From contig CAWHBG010000001.1 in assembly GCA_963827565.1 (NCBI GenBank), positions 348,575 to 412,574 on the forward strand: 64,000 nt of DNA. Reading direction: 5' to 3'. The stretch is from Candidatus Aminicenantes bacterium. Lineage in GTDB: Bacteria > Acidobacteriota > Aminicenantia > UBA2199. The notes under the pieces were generated by a model. The model was not told the DNA's origin. It did no database searches and saw only the letters and a program-made list of their open reading frames with translations. Within the stretch, counting starts at the first letter, position 1. Each line of letters begins with the position of its first letter. A program made the position numbers and the translations under genes. Of the stretch, positions 8,951 to 18,665 are shown piece by piece.

Positions 8951-9741
8951 CAGAGAAATTAATTATCTCAGAATATCTGTTACCGACAGATGTAACCTCA
9001 GATGTCAATACTGTATGCCTGCGGAAGGTGTCCCCAAAAAAAAACACAATGATATTATCTCCTATGAACAGATCATCGATATCGTGAGATCTGCTGTCAG
9101 GATCGGTATATCTAAAATCCGGATCACAGGCGGTGAACCATTGATAAGAAAAGATATTATTGACCTGATAAAAGGGATCAGGTCTGTCGAAGGAGGTGAC
9201 GGAACTTGTCCTTACCACGAACGGTGTACTTCTTGAGAGTATGGCCGTTGATCTGAGAGAAGCGGGGATTGACAGGATTAACATATCTCTCGATACCCTT
9301 GACCCTGAAAAATATAATGAACTTGTCAGAGGCGGGGATATAAAAAAAGTGTTTCACGGGATTGAGAAGGTCATTGAAGCGGGATTTGAGAAAACAAAGA
9401 TCAATATGGTCCTGATTCCGGGATTTAATAGCGATGAAGTTGATGATATGAAAGCATTCTGTAATGAAAAAGGTTTGACGCTTCAGCGGATTAATCACTA
9501 CTCTCTTCATGATATCGAGAGTATTAACAGGAAATACGAAGCAGAGCGTCCCCTGAAGTGTTCGGTGTGCAATCGGATCAGGCTTACTTCCGAAGGTAAT
9601 CTTAAACCATGTCTGTTCTCTAATCTGGAAATTCCCCTCGATCCTGATGATCCTGAAAGCAGTCTCCGGAAAGCAGTTCTTAACAAACCGGAAAAAGGGA
9701 CGATGAACAATACGAGCGGTAACTGGGAGATCGGGGGATGA
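8934..9741 (+). CDS. moaA: GTP 3',8-cyclase MoaA, split by one extra base near 9193-9196 (probable sequencing error)
   Basis: [19 protein letters not shown] and RITGGEP in one frame; [26 protein letters not shown] and C-terminal IGG in the next. The 808 nt span is 3n+1. Confidence 0.88.
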
Positions 9742-9799
9742 CTGCACCCGATTGAATAAATCATTGAACTTATATAAAATTTATTGATAAGAGGCATAA

Positions 9800-10255
9800 A
9801 TGGAATTAACTCATATAAATAAAAAGGGGGAAGCTGAAATGGTAGATATCAGCTCAAAAAAAAATGTTCACAGAGAGGCATCAGCTTCAGGGAAAATTTT
9901 TCTGGGAACTGAAACATTAGATCTTATAAAGAATAATCAGATTGGTAAAGGTGATGTCCTTTCCGTTGCCAGAATTGCCGGAATTTCAGGCGGTAAGATG
10001 ACATCATCACTGATCCCTCTCAGCCATAATATAACAATTAATAAGATAGATATCAATTTTGAAATAAAAAAGGACGGGATAGAAATACGATCCAGAGCTG
10101 TCTGTGACGGGAGAACTGGGATAGAGATGGAAGCGCTTACTGCCGCTTCAATCGCAGCATTGACTATTTACGATATGTGTAAGGCCGTTGATAAAAACAT
10201 GGTGATTTCAGATATAAAATTGGAGGAGAAAAAGAAAAGTGAACTTCTGTATTGA
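9800..10255 (+). CDS. moaC: Cyclic pyranopterin monophosphate synthase MoaC
   Basis: LTH..MVDIS, KGDVL..ARIAG, LIPLSH, TGIEMEALT, TIYDMCKAVDK. Confidence 0.95.
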   Translation: MELTHINKKGEAEMVDISSKKNVHREASASGKIFLGTETLDLIKNNQIGKGDVLSVARIAGISGGKMTSSLIPLSHNITINKIDINFEIKKDGIEIRSRAVCDGRTGIEMEALTAASIAALTIYDMCKAVDKNMVISDIKLEEKKKSELLY

Positions 10256-10682
10256 ATCTGTGAATATTTCAGAAGAGAAAGGGGTACAGAAACATCCTGT
10301 GAAAAGAGCAACCCTTGTAAAGGATTATGGAATAGAGGGCGATGCACATGCCGGGAAATGGCACAGGCAGGTGTCTCTGCTGGCTCTGGAGGCTATTCAG
10401 ACAATGAGGGAAAGGGCAGGTTCGCTGATAATAAAGAACGGTGATTTTGGGGAAAATATAATCACCAGTGGGATAGATCTCACCAAAGTGACGGTCGGCG
10501 GGAGAATTAAAATTAATAACGCCATACTGGAGGTGACTCAGATAGGAAAAGAGTGTCATTCCGGATGCGCGATATATGATGCTGTCGGCGAATGTATTAT
10601 GCCGACCCAGGGTATATTTGCCAGGGTGATCAGGGGGGGAGAAATAAGTGCTGAAGATAGCGGTTATTACAGCTTCGGATAG
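10239..10682 (+). CDS. MOSC domain protein
   Basis: GIEGDAHAG.WHRQVSLL, GDFGENI, EVTQIGKECHSGC..GECIMP..GIFARV. Confidence 0.88.
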   Translation: MNFCIESVNISEEKGVQKHPVKRATLVKDYGIEGDAHAGKWHRQVSLLALEAIQTMRERAGSLIIKNGDFGENIITSGIDLTKVTVGGRIKINNAILEVTQIGKECHSGCAIYDAVGECIMPTQGIFARVIRGGEISAEDSGYYSFG

Positions 10683-11118
10683 AGCCTATAAAGGCGAGTA
10701 TGAGGACAGGTCCGGTGCAAAAATTAAAGAGATAATAGAAAAAAGCGGAATTGAAGTATCGGTTTCAATCAGTATTGTTCCGGATGAGAAAGTGATACTG
10801 AAAAAAGAGATAGAATGGAATCTGGATAAAGATTATATTATAACAACTGGCGGTACCGGAATCTCCGGGAGGGATATCACTCCGGAAGTGACCAGATCTC
10901 TGTGTGATATAGAACTTCCCGGGATTGCAGAGATGCTGAGAGCCGAGTCCTATAAAGAGACAAAGTTTTCTGTGTTTTCAAGAGGTACTGCCGGTATCAG
11001 GAAAAAAACCATAATAATAAATTTTCCCGGATCAGTTAAAGCTGTCACTTTGTGTACAAAGCTGATCCTTCCGGTTCTTGAGCATGGGATAAGTATGTTG
11101 AATGGAGGAAAACATTAA
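10648..11118 (+). CDS. mog: Molybdopterin adenylyltransferase (MogA/MoaB family)
   Basis: ITASDRA...EDRSG, VPDE, TTGGTG..RDITPE, SRG.AG, NFPGS. Confidence 0.88.
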   Translation: MLKIAVITASDRAYKGEYEDRSGAKIKEIIEKSGIEVSVSISIVPDEKVILKKEIEWNLDKDYIITTGGTGISGRDITPEVTRSLCDIELPGIAEMLRAESYKETKFSVFSRGTAGIRKKTIIINFPGSVKAVTLCTKLILPVLEHGISMLNGGKH

Positions 11119-11175
11119 ATATTTAAAAGTATTCAATCTTTACTTAATAAAAAATTTACTATAAAATATATAAAA

Positions 11176-12168
11176 ATGCAGCGAAAAATATTAGTAGCAG
11201 ATACAGACACAGTTTTTTTAAAAGAATTAAAAACCTATTGTAATCCTGCCAGGATCTCTATCGATCAGCATACAAAAGGGGAAGAGCTATTGACCCTGAT
11301 TGGGATCGAAGAACCTGTAATGGTGTTTTTAAGTCTTGATCTTCCCGATGTGAATGATTTTATTGTGTTTGATATTCTGAAAAGGTGCAGTGATCCAAGT
11401 TCTCCTTCAATATATATCATTTATTCAGATAGTTCGGAAGGTGTTTTAAGCTCAGTGAGAAAATTGAAATTTACTGCAGAAGGTTATCTGAAAAAACCTG
11501 TCAGCAAATCTGATCTTATTGAAATTATCAAAAAAAATCTTGAACCCGATTCATACCTGATTCCTTCAGAGATGATCACTATGAAGGATATCCTTGATGA
11601 CGATGATATAATGGATCTTAAATCAGAAGAGGCGGAACTGGAAGATGAAACAGAAATACTAAGTGAAGATCTTTTTGTGGATGTAGTTTCTTCAGATCCG
11701 GATGAGGCCTCAGATGCCGGTACCAACACTGAGATAAAGCAGATACTTGTTGAGTCAGTGGAGGATATTCCTGATCTGGCAGAGCCTCAGGAGTTCGGAG
11801 ATTCTCCTTTTCAGGTAGTTGATCAGAACGACCTTGAATTGATCAGTACCGATTTTCAGTCAGAGATGAAGGAAAAAGAGAAAGAGTTTGAAAGGGAAAA
11901 GAGACTTCTCATGGATGAGATGAGCAAGATCAAAGAGCGTGAATCCAGATCTGATGAAGAGAAGAAAAAACTGCTCAGGGATATTGAAACATCTGAAATG
12001 AAACTGAAGGAAGTGGACGAAGAAAAGGAGTTGTTCAGGAAAAAACTAGATATGCTTTCAAACGATTATGAAAAACGGATTGAAGAACTACACGAGAAAT
12101 ATAAAAATAAAATGAAGAAATTCGAAGATTTGCTTAAAAGATCTCTTAACGAAATAAACGAAGATTAG
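11176..12168 (+). CDS. Atypical (pseudo-)receiver domain protein with acidic linker and C-terminal coiled coil
   Basis: REC fold (KILVAD...VFLSLDLP...GYLKKP) with Ser at the phospho-Asp position; D/E-rich linker; E/K heptad tail. Confidence 0.7.
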   Translation: MQRKILVADTDTVFLKELKTYCNPARISIDQHTKGEELLTLIGIEEPVMVFLSLDLPDVNDFIVFDILKRCSDPSSPSIYIIYSDSSEGVLSSVRKLKFTAEGYLKKPVSKSDLIEIIKKNLEPDSYLIPSEMITMKDILDDDDIMDLKSEEAELEDETEILSEDLFVDVVSSDPDEASDAGTNTEIKQILVESVEDIPDLAEPQEFGDSPFQVVDQNDLELISTDFQSEMKEKEKEFEREKRLLMDEMSKIKERESRSDEEKKKLLRDIETSEMKLKEVDEEKELFRKKLDMLSNDYEKRIEELHEKYKNKMKKFEDLLKRSLNEINED

Positions 12169-12172
12169 ATTT

Positions 12173-13681
12173 ATGAAATTTACTGAATTCAATTTTACCG
12201 ATAAAGTTCTTAAAGGGATAGAAAATGCCGGTTATATTGATTGTACCCCGGTTCAGGAAAAAACCTTTAAAATTTCTCTGGATGGGAAAGATGTATATGT
12301 CCAATCTCAGACTGGAACAGGAAAAACCGCAGCATTTGTCCTTACAATACTGAATAATTTTGAAGATGAAAAATTTAAATTCAATAATTGTGCATTGATA
12401 ATTGCTCCGACAAGAGAACTTGCTGTCCAGATCGAGAAAGAAACAAAACTTCTGAGTTCAGCCTATGATCTGACAATAGGTTGTTTTTATGGAGGCGTGG
12501 GGTACAAACCACAGGAAGACCTGTTACAGAAAGGAGTTGATATCATTATTGGTACGCCCGGAAGACTCCTTGATTTTCAGCGGCAGGGAAAACTTGATCT
12601 GAAAAAAATCGGTTATTTTGTAATTGATGAGGCTGACAGGTTGTTTGATATGGGGTTTTTCCCCGATATCAGAAGAATGGCCAGAAATATGTCTCCATAC
12701 CATAAAAGACAGACAATGCTCTTTTCCGCCACGCTGAACATAAGTGTGAAACAGATGGCCTGGGAGTATATGAACAGCCCCGAAAGTATCGAGATATCAC
12801 CGGAGAACATTACAGTCGATAATATCGATCAGAAATTATATCATGTTGGAAAAAAAGAAAAAATAAATCTTTTGATGGGAATCCTGAACAGGGAACTCCC
12901 CCGAAATGCATTGATCTTTACCAATACAAAACACCAGGCCGTGAGAATACATAAGTATCTCACAAATAACGGCAAGAAATGTCAATATCTGATCGGTGAT
13001 CTTCCGCAGAATAAAAGACTGTCGACAATAAATGATTTTAAATCGGGAAAAACAAACTTGCTGGTCGCCACTGATGTTGCAGCCAGGGGACTTCATATAG
13101 ATGACCTTGAGCTGGTGGTGAATTATGATCTTCCGGGTGACAGTGAGAACTATGTCCACAGGATCGGCAGAACAGCCAGGGCCGGGAAAAGCGGGAAAGC
13201 AGTCGCACTGGCATGTGAAGAGTACATCTATAATCTGGAGGCAATAGAGGAGTTCATCGGGATGAGCATACCGGTCGGTTATGCAGATGATGATCTTTAT
13301 GAAAAGATCACCAATATCCCTCCACCGGAACCGTCTCGAAGAAAATTTGAGAAGAAAGGCGGTCGGAGGCCTTCGCATTCAGTTTCACGAAAAGGGATGT
13401 CTCCTGCAAAAAAGGAGTCTTTCGGGGATTCTCAGAGAAAAGGGAAAAAAGATTTTAAAAAGCAGGAATTTAAAAAGAAAAAATCCCACACAGCAAGTCC
13501 CGAACCGCAGAAAAAAAGATACAGTGATATTAATAAATCTAAAAAGCCGATGACAGAGGAAGAGAGACTGGAATATTATAAAAAAAAATACGGTGATAGT
13601 TTCCGGATTAACGACGGACGTCCTGTGAAAAAGAAAAAGGGCTCCTTCTTTAAAAAAGTAATTTCAATTATAAAAAAATAG
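12173..13681 (+). CDS. DEAD-box RNA helicase (RhlB/RhlE-like)
   Basis: Q motif TPVQ, QTGTGKT, PTRELA, TPGRLLD, DEAD, SAT, ARGLHI, HRIGRTAR; basic C-terminal tail. Confidence 0.93.
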   Translation: MKFTEFNFTDKVLKGIENAGYIDCTPVQEKTFKISLDGKDVYVQSQTGTGKTAAFVLTILNNFEDEKFKFNNCALIIAPTRELAVQIEKETKLLSSAYDLTIGCFYGGVGYKPQEDLLQKGVDIIIGTPGRLLDFQRQGKLDLKKIGYFVIDEADRLFDMGFFPDIRRMARNMSPYHKRQTMLFSATLNISVKQMAWEYMNSPESIEISPENITVDNIDQKLYHVGKKEKINLLMGILNRELPRNALIFTNTKHQAVRIHKYLTNNGKKCQYLIGDLPQNKRLSTINDFKSGKTNLLVATDVAARGLHIDDLELVVNYDLPGDSENYVHRIGRTARAGKSGKAVALACEEYIYNLEAIEEFIGMSIPVGYADDDLYEKITNIPPPEPSRRKFEKKGGRRPSHSVSRKGMSPAKKESFGDSQRKGKKDFKKQEFKKKKSHTASPEPQKKRYSDINKSKKPMTEEERLEYYKKKYGDSFRINDGRPVKKKKGSFFKKVISIIKK

Positions 13682-13686
13682 GAATC

Positions 13687-14352
13687 ATGAAAATTCTTGC
13701 CCTCAAGGGGAGTCCCAGAGGAAGAGGCAACTCCACAATCATGCTCGACAAATTTTTAGAGGGTTGTGAAAACTCCGGCAATGAAATCAATGTTTTCAGG
13801 CCCGAAGACATAAAAATAAATCCCTGTCTGGGATGCCTGAGATGTAATCTGATCAAACGGTGCTCAATACGTGGGGATGACTGGGACGAACTCAGTCAAA
13901 AAATACTTGATTCGGACATCATTGCCATTTCTTCTCCTGTATACTTTTTTAATTTCCCCTCTGAAATGAAACGGATCATCGACAGGTTCAGATCTTTTAT
14001 CAATGTTAAAATAACCGAAAGCGGGCTGATCCATACGCCATGGGTAGAATGGAGTAAAAAGTTTGTGGTTCTTCTGTCAATGGGTTCCCCCGATCCTGAA
14101 GAGGGAAATAATATTGTAGATACCATGAAGTTCATTGTCAGGGAGTTGGGGGATAAAAATGAAATCTTTATATTCAACGGGACAAGGCTGGCCGTTTCAG
14201 GACAGATAGAGTACACCCTGCAAAAACTTGAAGAGCTTTATACAAAATTGGGTATCCCTGTTGAACTTGCCGGGCCGGATTTTAAAAAAAATTCAAAATT
14301 GCTGGATGACATTTATGCTTTGGGTAATGGGATCGTTTCAGGAAAGGTATGA
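13687..14352 (+). CDS. Flavodoxin-family / iron-sulfur flavoprotein (NADPH-dependent FMN reductase fold)
   Basis: GSPRGRGNS, PCLGCLRC...C, SPVYF, MKRIIDR. Confidence 0.82.
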   Translation: MKILALKGSPRGRGNSTIMLDKFLEGCENSGNEINVFRPEDIKINPCLGCLRCNLIKRCSIRGDDWDELSQKILDSDIIAISSPVYFFNFPSEMKRIIDRFRSFINVKITESGLIHTPWVEWSKKFVVLLSMGSPDPEEGNNIVDTMKFIVRELGDKNEIFIFNGTRLAVSGQIEYTLQKLEELYTKLGIPVELAGPDFKKNSKLLDDIYALGNGIVSGKV

Positions 14353-15149
14353 ATAGATCTGTAAAACCTGTTGTGCTGAGTGCTGCCGGATTTGATCCAG
14401 GAAGCGGTGCGGGATTGTCGGCTGACCTTAAAACATTCAGTGCATTGGGTGTTTACGGTATCGGGCTGATCACCTGTCTGACATCTCAGAATCATGGCCA
14501 TTTCAGTAGGAATGAAGATGTTGATGCGGAAACATTCAGTGATCAACTGGAAACACTCAGTACTGGTTATCAGATAAAATGTGTGAAAACCGGTCTGATG
14601 ACAAAGGAGACGGCATCTGTTATCGGTGCCTGGAAGAGAGATCATCCGGATATAATACTGATATCTGACCCTGTCCTGACTGCAACAGCCGGAAATGATT
14701 TCTTCACAAAGGAAGAAGCGGTTTTTCTGGAGAGTTCTCTTTATAAATATGCAGACCTGATCACGCCCAATCTTCATGAAGCATCCATTCTTTCGGGGAT
14801 TATGATAAAAACAGTGGAAGATATGGTGGAAGCCGGGCGGTTACTGACAGGGGAGACGGGGAGGGCTGTATTGATCAAAGGCGGGCATCTGGAGGGAGAA
14901 GCGATCGATGTTCTATTTAATAAAGGGTATGAGCACTATTTTACCCACGGGAGGATCTCCGATGTTAACACACATGGTTCAGGCTGTGTGCTCTCTGCAG
15001 CCATTACTTCTCACATTGCTGCCGGAGAATCGTTAACGGATTCGGTCTCAAAGGCCAAAGATTTCCTGAACGGGTTGATGAAACATCCTGTTTACCTTGA
15101 AGGTGTCGGGCCGGTGATCGATCCTTCGGGGATCCGGAGGAATATATGA
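14349..15149 (+). CDS. thiD: Hydroxymethylpyrimidine/phosphomethylpyrimidine kinase
   Basis: AGFDPGSGAGLSADLKT, KTG, DPV, ITPNLHEA, IKGGH, THGSGCVLS. Confidence 0.88.
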   Translation: MNRSVKPVVLSAAGFDPGSGAGLSADLKTFSALGVYGIGLITCLTSQNHGHFSRNEDVDAETFSDQLETLSTGYQIKCVKTGLMTKETASVIGAWKRDHPDIILISDPVLTATAGNDFFTKEEAVFLESSLYKYADLITPNLHEASILSGIMIKTVEDMVEAGRLLTGETGRAVLIKGGHLEGEAIDVLFNKGYEHYFTHGRISDVNTHGSGCVLSAAITSHIAAGESLTDSVSKAKDFLNGLMKHPVYLEGVGPVIDPSGIRRNI

Positions 15150-15943
15150 TAAGGTTATCAGTATTAGAAAAATTTCTGAATGATAAATATAAATTTGAAG
15201 CGTTTGAAGATTATTGCGTCAATGGTCTGGTGGTTGAGGGGAAAAGAGATATCCGGAAGATTGCCTTTGGTGTATCTTATAACGGCCTGTTCCTTGACCG
15301 GGCTATCGGTTCCGGAGCAGATGCTGTTCTTGTTCATCATGGAATATTCAGGAAGGGATTGTTCTCCTTAAAAGGGATCGAAAAGGAGAAGATCAAAAAA
15401 CTTCTGGCATACGACATATCATTATTCGGAATCCATCTTCCCATGGATGCTCATCCCGAGATCGGCCACAATGCGCTGCTGTTAAAAGCGATCGGGATCA
15501 CACCGTCCGAACCGCTTAAGTGGGGATTTTTCGGGTTTAACAGTGAAAAGAAAACACTAAATGAAATAATTGATTTGTTACATTCCTTCCTCCATCCGGT
15601 GGGATTTAAGTATTCTGATACTGTCTCAGATGATGGGTTCAACCTGAAGCAGAGGGATGGATTCATACTTCTCGGGAATGGCCCGGAGGTACCCTCAAGT
15701 ATATTTATGGCGAGTGGCGGATCCACAGACCTTTATGAAGAAGCAGTTGCGTTAGGCGCAGATACATTTATATGCGGTGAGATAAAAGAACATATCCCGG
15801 CAATATCCCTGGAAACAGGCACCAATTTTATCAATCTCGGCCACTATTACTCGGAAAGGCCAGGGGTGATCGAACTGATGAAAAAAATCGGAACTGAATT
15901 TGATATCGAAACAGAGTTTATCGAAGTCCCCAACCCCGTTTAA
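15146..15943 (+). CDS. Nif3-like dinuclear metal center hexameric protein (YbgI family)
   Basis: DYCVNGL.VEG, VHHG, HLPMDAH..GHN, GHYYSE. Confidence 0.88.
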   Translation: MIRLSVLEKFLNDKYKFEAFEDYCVNGLVVEGKRDIRKIAFGVSYNGLFLDRAIGSGADAVLVHHGIFRKGLFSLKGIEKEKIKKLLAYDISLFGIHLPMDAHPEIGHNALLLKAIGITPSEPLKWGFFGFNSEKKTLNEIIDLLHSFLHPVGFKYSDTVSDDGFNLKQRDGFILLGNGPEVPSSIFMASGGSTDLYEEAVALGADTFICGEIKEHIPAISLETGTNFINLGHYYSERPGVIELMKKIGTEFDIETEFIEVPNPV

Positions 15944-16019
15944 AATAATTTTTTTCCTGTTAAATTTAAATTTTTTCAGTTAATATATTCTGTTAATTCA
16001 AAAAGGAGGAATTTTATCC

Positions 16020-18641
16020 ATGAAATTCAGATCTTTATTCATTATCACATTGTTATCAGTTTCATTTATGTTGTCAGGCGGCAGCCTGATCAAAACACCT
16101 GTGGAATTCTTCGGATTTAAACCGGGGAGCGACAGGATGCTTTTTGATTATGGAAAATTAATGGATTATTTTAAACTGCTTGATAAATCTTCACCGAAGA
16201 TTAAACTTGAACAGATCGGAATGTCTCCGATGGGGAAACCCATGTACATTGCTTTTATCTCCTCGGAAAAAAATATAAATAACCTGGGAAATATAAAAAA
16301 AATTAACAAAAAACTTGCACTTGACCCGAATATTCCAAAAGCTGAAATGGAGAAGATCCTGGCGGAAACTCCGGTCTCTTTTCTGGCGACATTGTCAATG
16401 CATTCGGGGGAAGTGGGGCCGTCACAATCAGCACCTCTAATTGCCTATGACCTGATCACCTCAGAGAAAAAAGAGATAAAGAAGTGGCTGGATGATGTTG
16501 TGTTTCTGATGGTGCCCAATCACAATCCGGATGGAATGGACATGATCATTCATCATTACTGGAAATATAAAGGGAAAAAATATGAAGGGAGCAGTTTGCC
16601 GGGGGTTTATCATAAATATGTCGGGCATGACAATAACAGGGATTTTGTCACCCTTACCCAGACCGATACAAAAGCGATCGCCGGGATCTATAATCTTGAA
16701 TGGTTCCCCCAGGTGATGGTGGAAAAGCATCAGATGGGATCAACGACCTCAAGGTATTATGTTCCCCCCAACCATGACCCGATCGCTGAGAATATAGAAG
16801 CGGGAATATGGAATTGGGCAGGGATCTTCGGCGCCAATATGATCAAGGATATGACAAAGGACGGACTTGCCGGCGTATCCCAGCACTATCTTTTTGATGA
16901 CTACTGGCCCGGATCCACCGAAACATGTATCTGGAAGAATGTGATCGGATTCTTAACGGAAGCAGCAAGTGTAAAATATGCCACTCCGATCTATGTTGAA
17001 CAGAATGAACTGGCAGGTTATGGAAAAGGTCTGGCAGAATATGAAAAAAGTATAAACATGCCTCTTCCCTGGGAAGGAGGATGGTGGAGACTGGGAGATA
17101 TTGTTAATTATGAGATCAGTTCCACTTACTCCATAATGAAAACAGCCTCAAATCACCGTACTGACATACTAAAATACAGGAATGATGTTTGCAGAAGGGA
17201 AGTGGACAGAGGGAAGAATTCAGCTCCTTATTATTATATTCTCCCCATCCAACAGCATGATCAGAGTGAAATGGTATCACTGATAAATCTGTTGCATGAA
17301 CATGGTGTGGATACTTATCATCTTAAAAATGATGTTGTATTCAATGGAAGAAAGTTCAGTAAGGGTGATGTCGTGATACCCCTCGCTCAGTCATTCCGTC
17401 CTTTCATAAAGGAAGTAATGGAATCACAGAAATATCCGGTCCGGCACTATACGCCTGGCGGCCAAATTATTAAACCTTACGATATTACAAGCTGGTCACT
17501 TCCTCTGCATAAGGGGGTAAAGAGCTTCATGATCGACCTCCCTTCGGATAAGATTTCTTCAAATATGGTAAAGAATGGTTCAAACTTTGTTATCAGTTTA
17601 TCTCCATCTGAGGATTACTCCTATTTAATATTCCCAGTAAACAATAATGAAAGTTATAAAGTTGCATTTACTGCAAAAAGCTCTGGGACTAAAGTTATGA
17701 GGCTGAAGAGTGAATTGAAGATCGGAGATAAGAATTATCAAAAGGGGAGTTTTCTGATTAAAAAGAGTGAAAAGTCAGAACTAAAAAAAATAATGGCTGA
17801 ATTAAGTGTTTCGCCGGGTTATGTCAAAGGGGGTATTGATCTTAAGACAGAGGAATTTACCATCCCGAGGATCGCACTGGTTGAAACTTGGTACCATGAT
17901 ATGGATTCCGGATGGACACGGTTTGTTCTGGATTCCTATTCAATACCTTTTACAATAGTAAGGCCCGGAGATATTGAAGGGCTCAATCTGAAGGGGAAAT
18001 TCGATGTTATTATCTTCCCCGATGCTCGGGCTTCAGTGCTAAAAAAAGGAAAGTATCAATCAGGATCAGATTATTTTTCTCCCAGTTATCCTCCCGAATA
18101 TACCAAAGGGATGGGGAGTAAAGGATTAAAGAAAATTATCGGATTTATTGATAACGGCGGCATTGTAGTTTCATGGGGAGCTTCCACACGACTCTTTATG
18201 GGTGAACATGAAATTAAGAATTCAGAGGGAGTTACCGAATCTTTTTCTTTCCCCGTCAGAGATATTTCTGAAATGGCAAAAAAACAGGGCCTTTACTGTC
18301 CCGGTTCATTTGTCAAAATTGACCTGAGGAAGGATCACCCGTTGACAACCGGTATGGGCGATACCTGCGGTATTTTCTTCAGAGGAAATGCCCTTTTCAG
18401 AACAAGTGTACCGAACTTCGACAGGGACAGGAGGGTAATAGGCAAATTTCCGAAGGATAAGATTCTGTTAAGCGGTTATTGTGAGAATGAAGAAGTATTG
18501 GAGAACAGGAGTGTATTTGTCTGGCTGAAAAAGAACAAAGGTCAGCTTGTATTGATGGGTTTTAATCCTCAGTTCAGAGCATCGACAGGGGGCACCTACA
18601 AATTGCTGTTCAATTCAATACTACTTGATAAATTGAAATAA
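16020..18641 (+). CDS. Secreted M14-family zinc carboxypeptidase with C-terminal GATase1-like domain
   Basis: Signal peptide, HSGE, NPDG, DNNRD, EKHQM zinc-site motifs; DSGWTRFVLD domain. Confidence 0.82.
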   Translation: MKFRSLFIITLLSVSFMLSGGSLIKTPVEFFGFKPGSDRMLFDYGKLMDYFKLLDKSSPKIKLEQIGMSPMGKPMYIAFISSEKNINNLGNIKKINKKLALDPNIPKAEMEKILAETPVSFLATLSMHSGEVGPSQSAPLIAYDLITSEKKEIKKWLDDVVFLMVPNHNPDGMDMIIHHYWKYKGKKYEGSSLPGVYHKYVGHDNNRDFVTLTQTDTKAIAGIYNLEWFPQVMVEKHQMGSTTSRYYVPPNHDPIAENIEAGIWNWAGIFGANMIKDMTKDGLAGVSQHYLFDDYWPGSTETCIWKNVIGFLTEAASVKYATPIYVEQNELAGYGKGLAEYEKSINMPLPWEGGWWRLGDIVNYEISSTYSIMKTASNHRTDILKYRNDVCRREVDRGKNSAPYYYILPIQQHDQSEMVSLINLLHEHGVDTYHLKNDVVFNGRKFSKGDVVIPLAQSFRPFIKEVMESQKYPVRHYTPGGQIIKPYDITSWSLPLHKGVKSFMIDLPSDKISSNMVKNGSNFVISLSPSEDYSYLIFPVNNNESYKVAFTAKSSGTKVMRLKSELKIGDKNYQKGSFLIKKSEKSELKKIMAELSVSPGYVKGGIDLKTEEFTIPRIALVETWYHDMDSGWTRFVLDSYSIPFTIVRPGDIEGLNLKGKFDVIIFPDARASVLKKGKYQSGSDYFSPSYPPEYTKGMGSKGLKKIIGFIDNGGIVVSWGASTRLFMGEHEIKNSEGVTESFSFPVRDISEMAKKQGLYCPGSFVKIDLRKDHPLTTGMGDTCGIFFRGNALFRTSVPNFDRDRRVIGKFPKDKILLSGYCENEEVLENRSVFVWLKKNKGQLVLMGFNPQFRASTGGTYKLLFNSILLDKLK

Positions 18642-18665
18642 GTTAATTTAGGACATCCGGAAGTA

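Noticed and set aside
9190-9200. Programmed frameshift or genuine two-gene split of moaA
   Set aside because: No slippery heptamer; the AGGAGG overlaps the GTG itself; the break falls inside the radical SAM barrel. An indel error is simpler.
9739-9759. TGA ending moaA read as selenocysteine
   Set aside because: MoaA canonically ends in GG; read-through adds only a few residues and no SECIS-like hairpin follows.
10005-10030. MoaC LIPLSH instead of LIPLCH
   Set aside because: A single conservative change with all other motifs intact; not enough to claim altered function.
7729-14777. Long antisense ORFs such as 7729..8217, 9178..9747, 12836..13378 and 14313..14777
   Set aside because: They lie opposite well-supported genes and have shadow-like composition; the same applies to the other short overlapping ORFs in the track.
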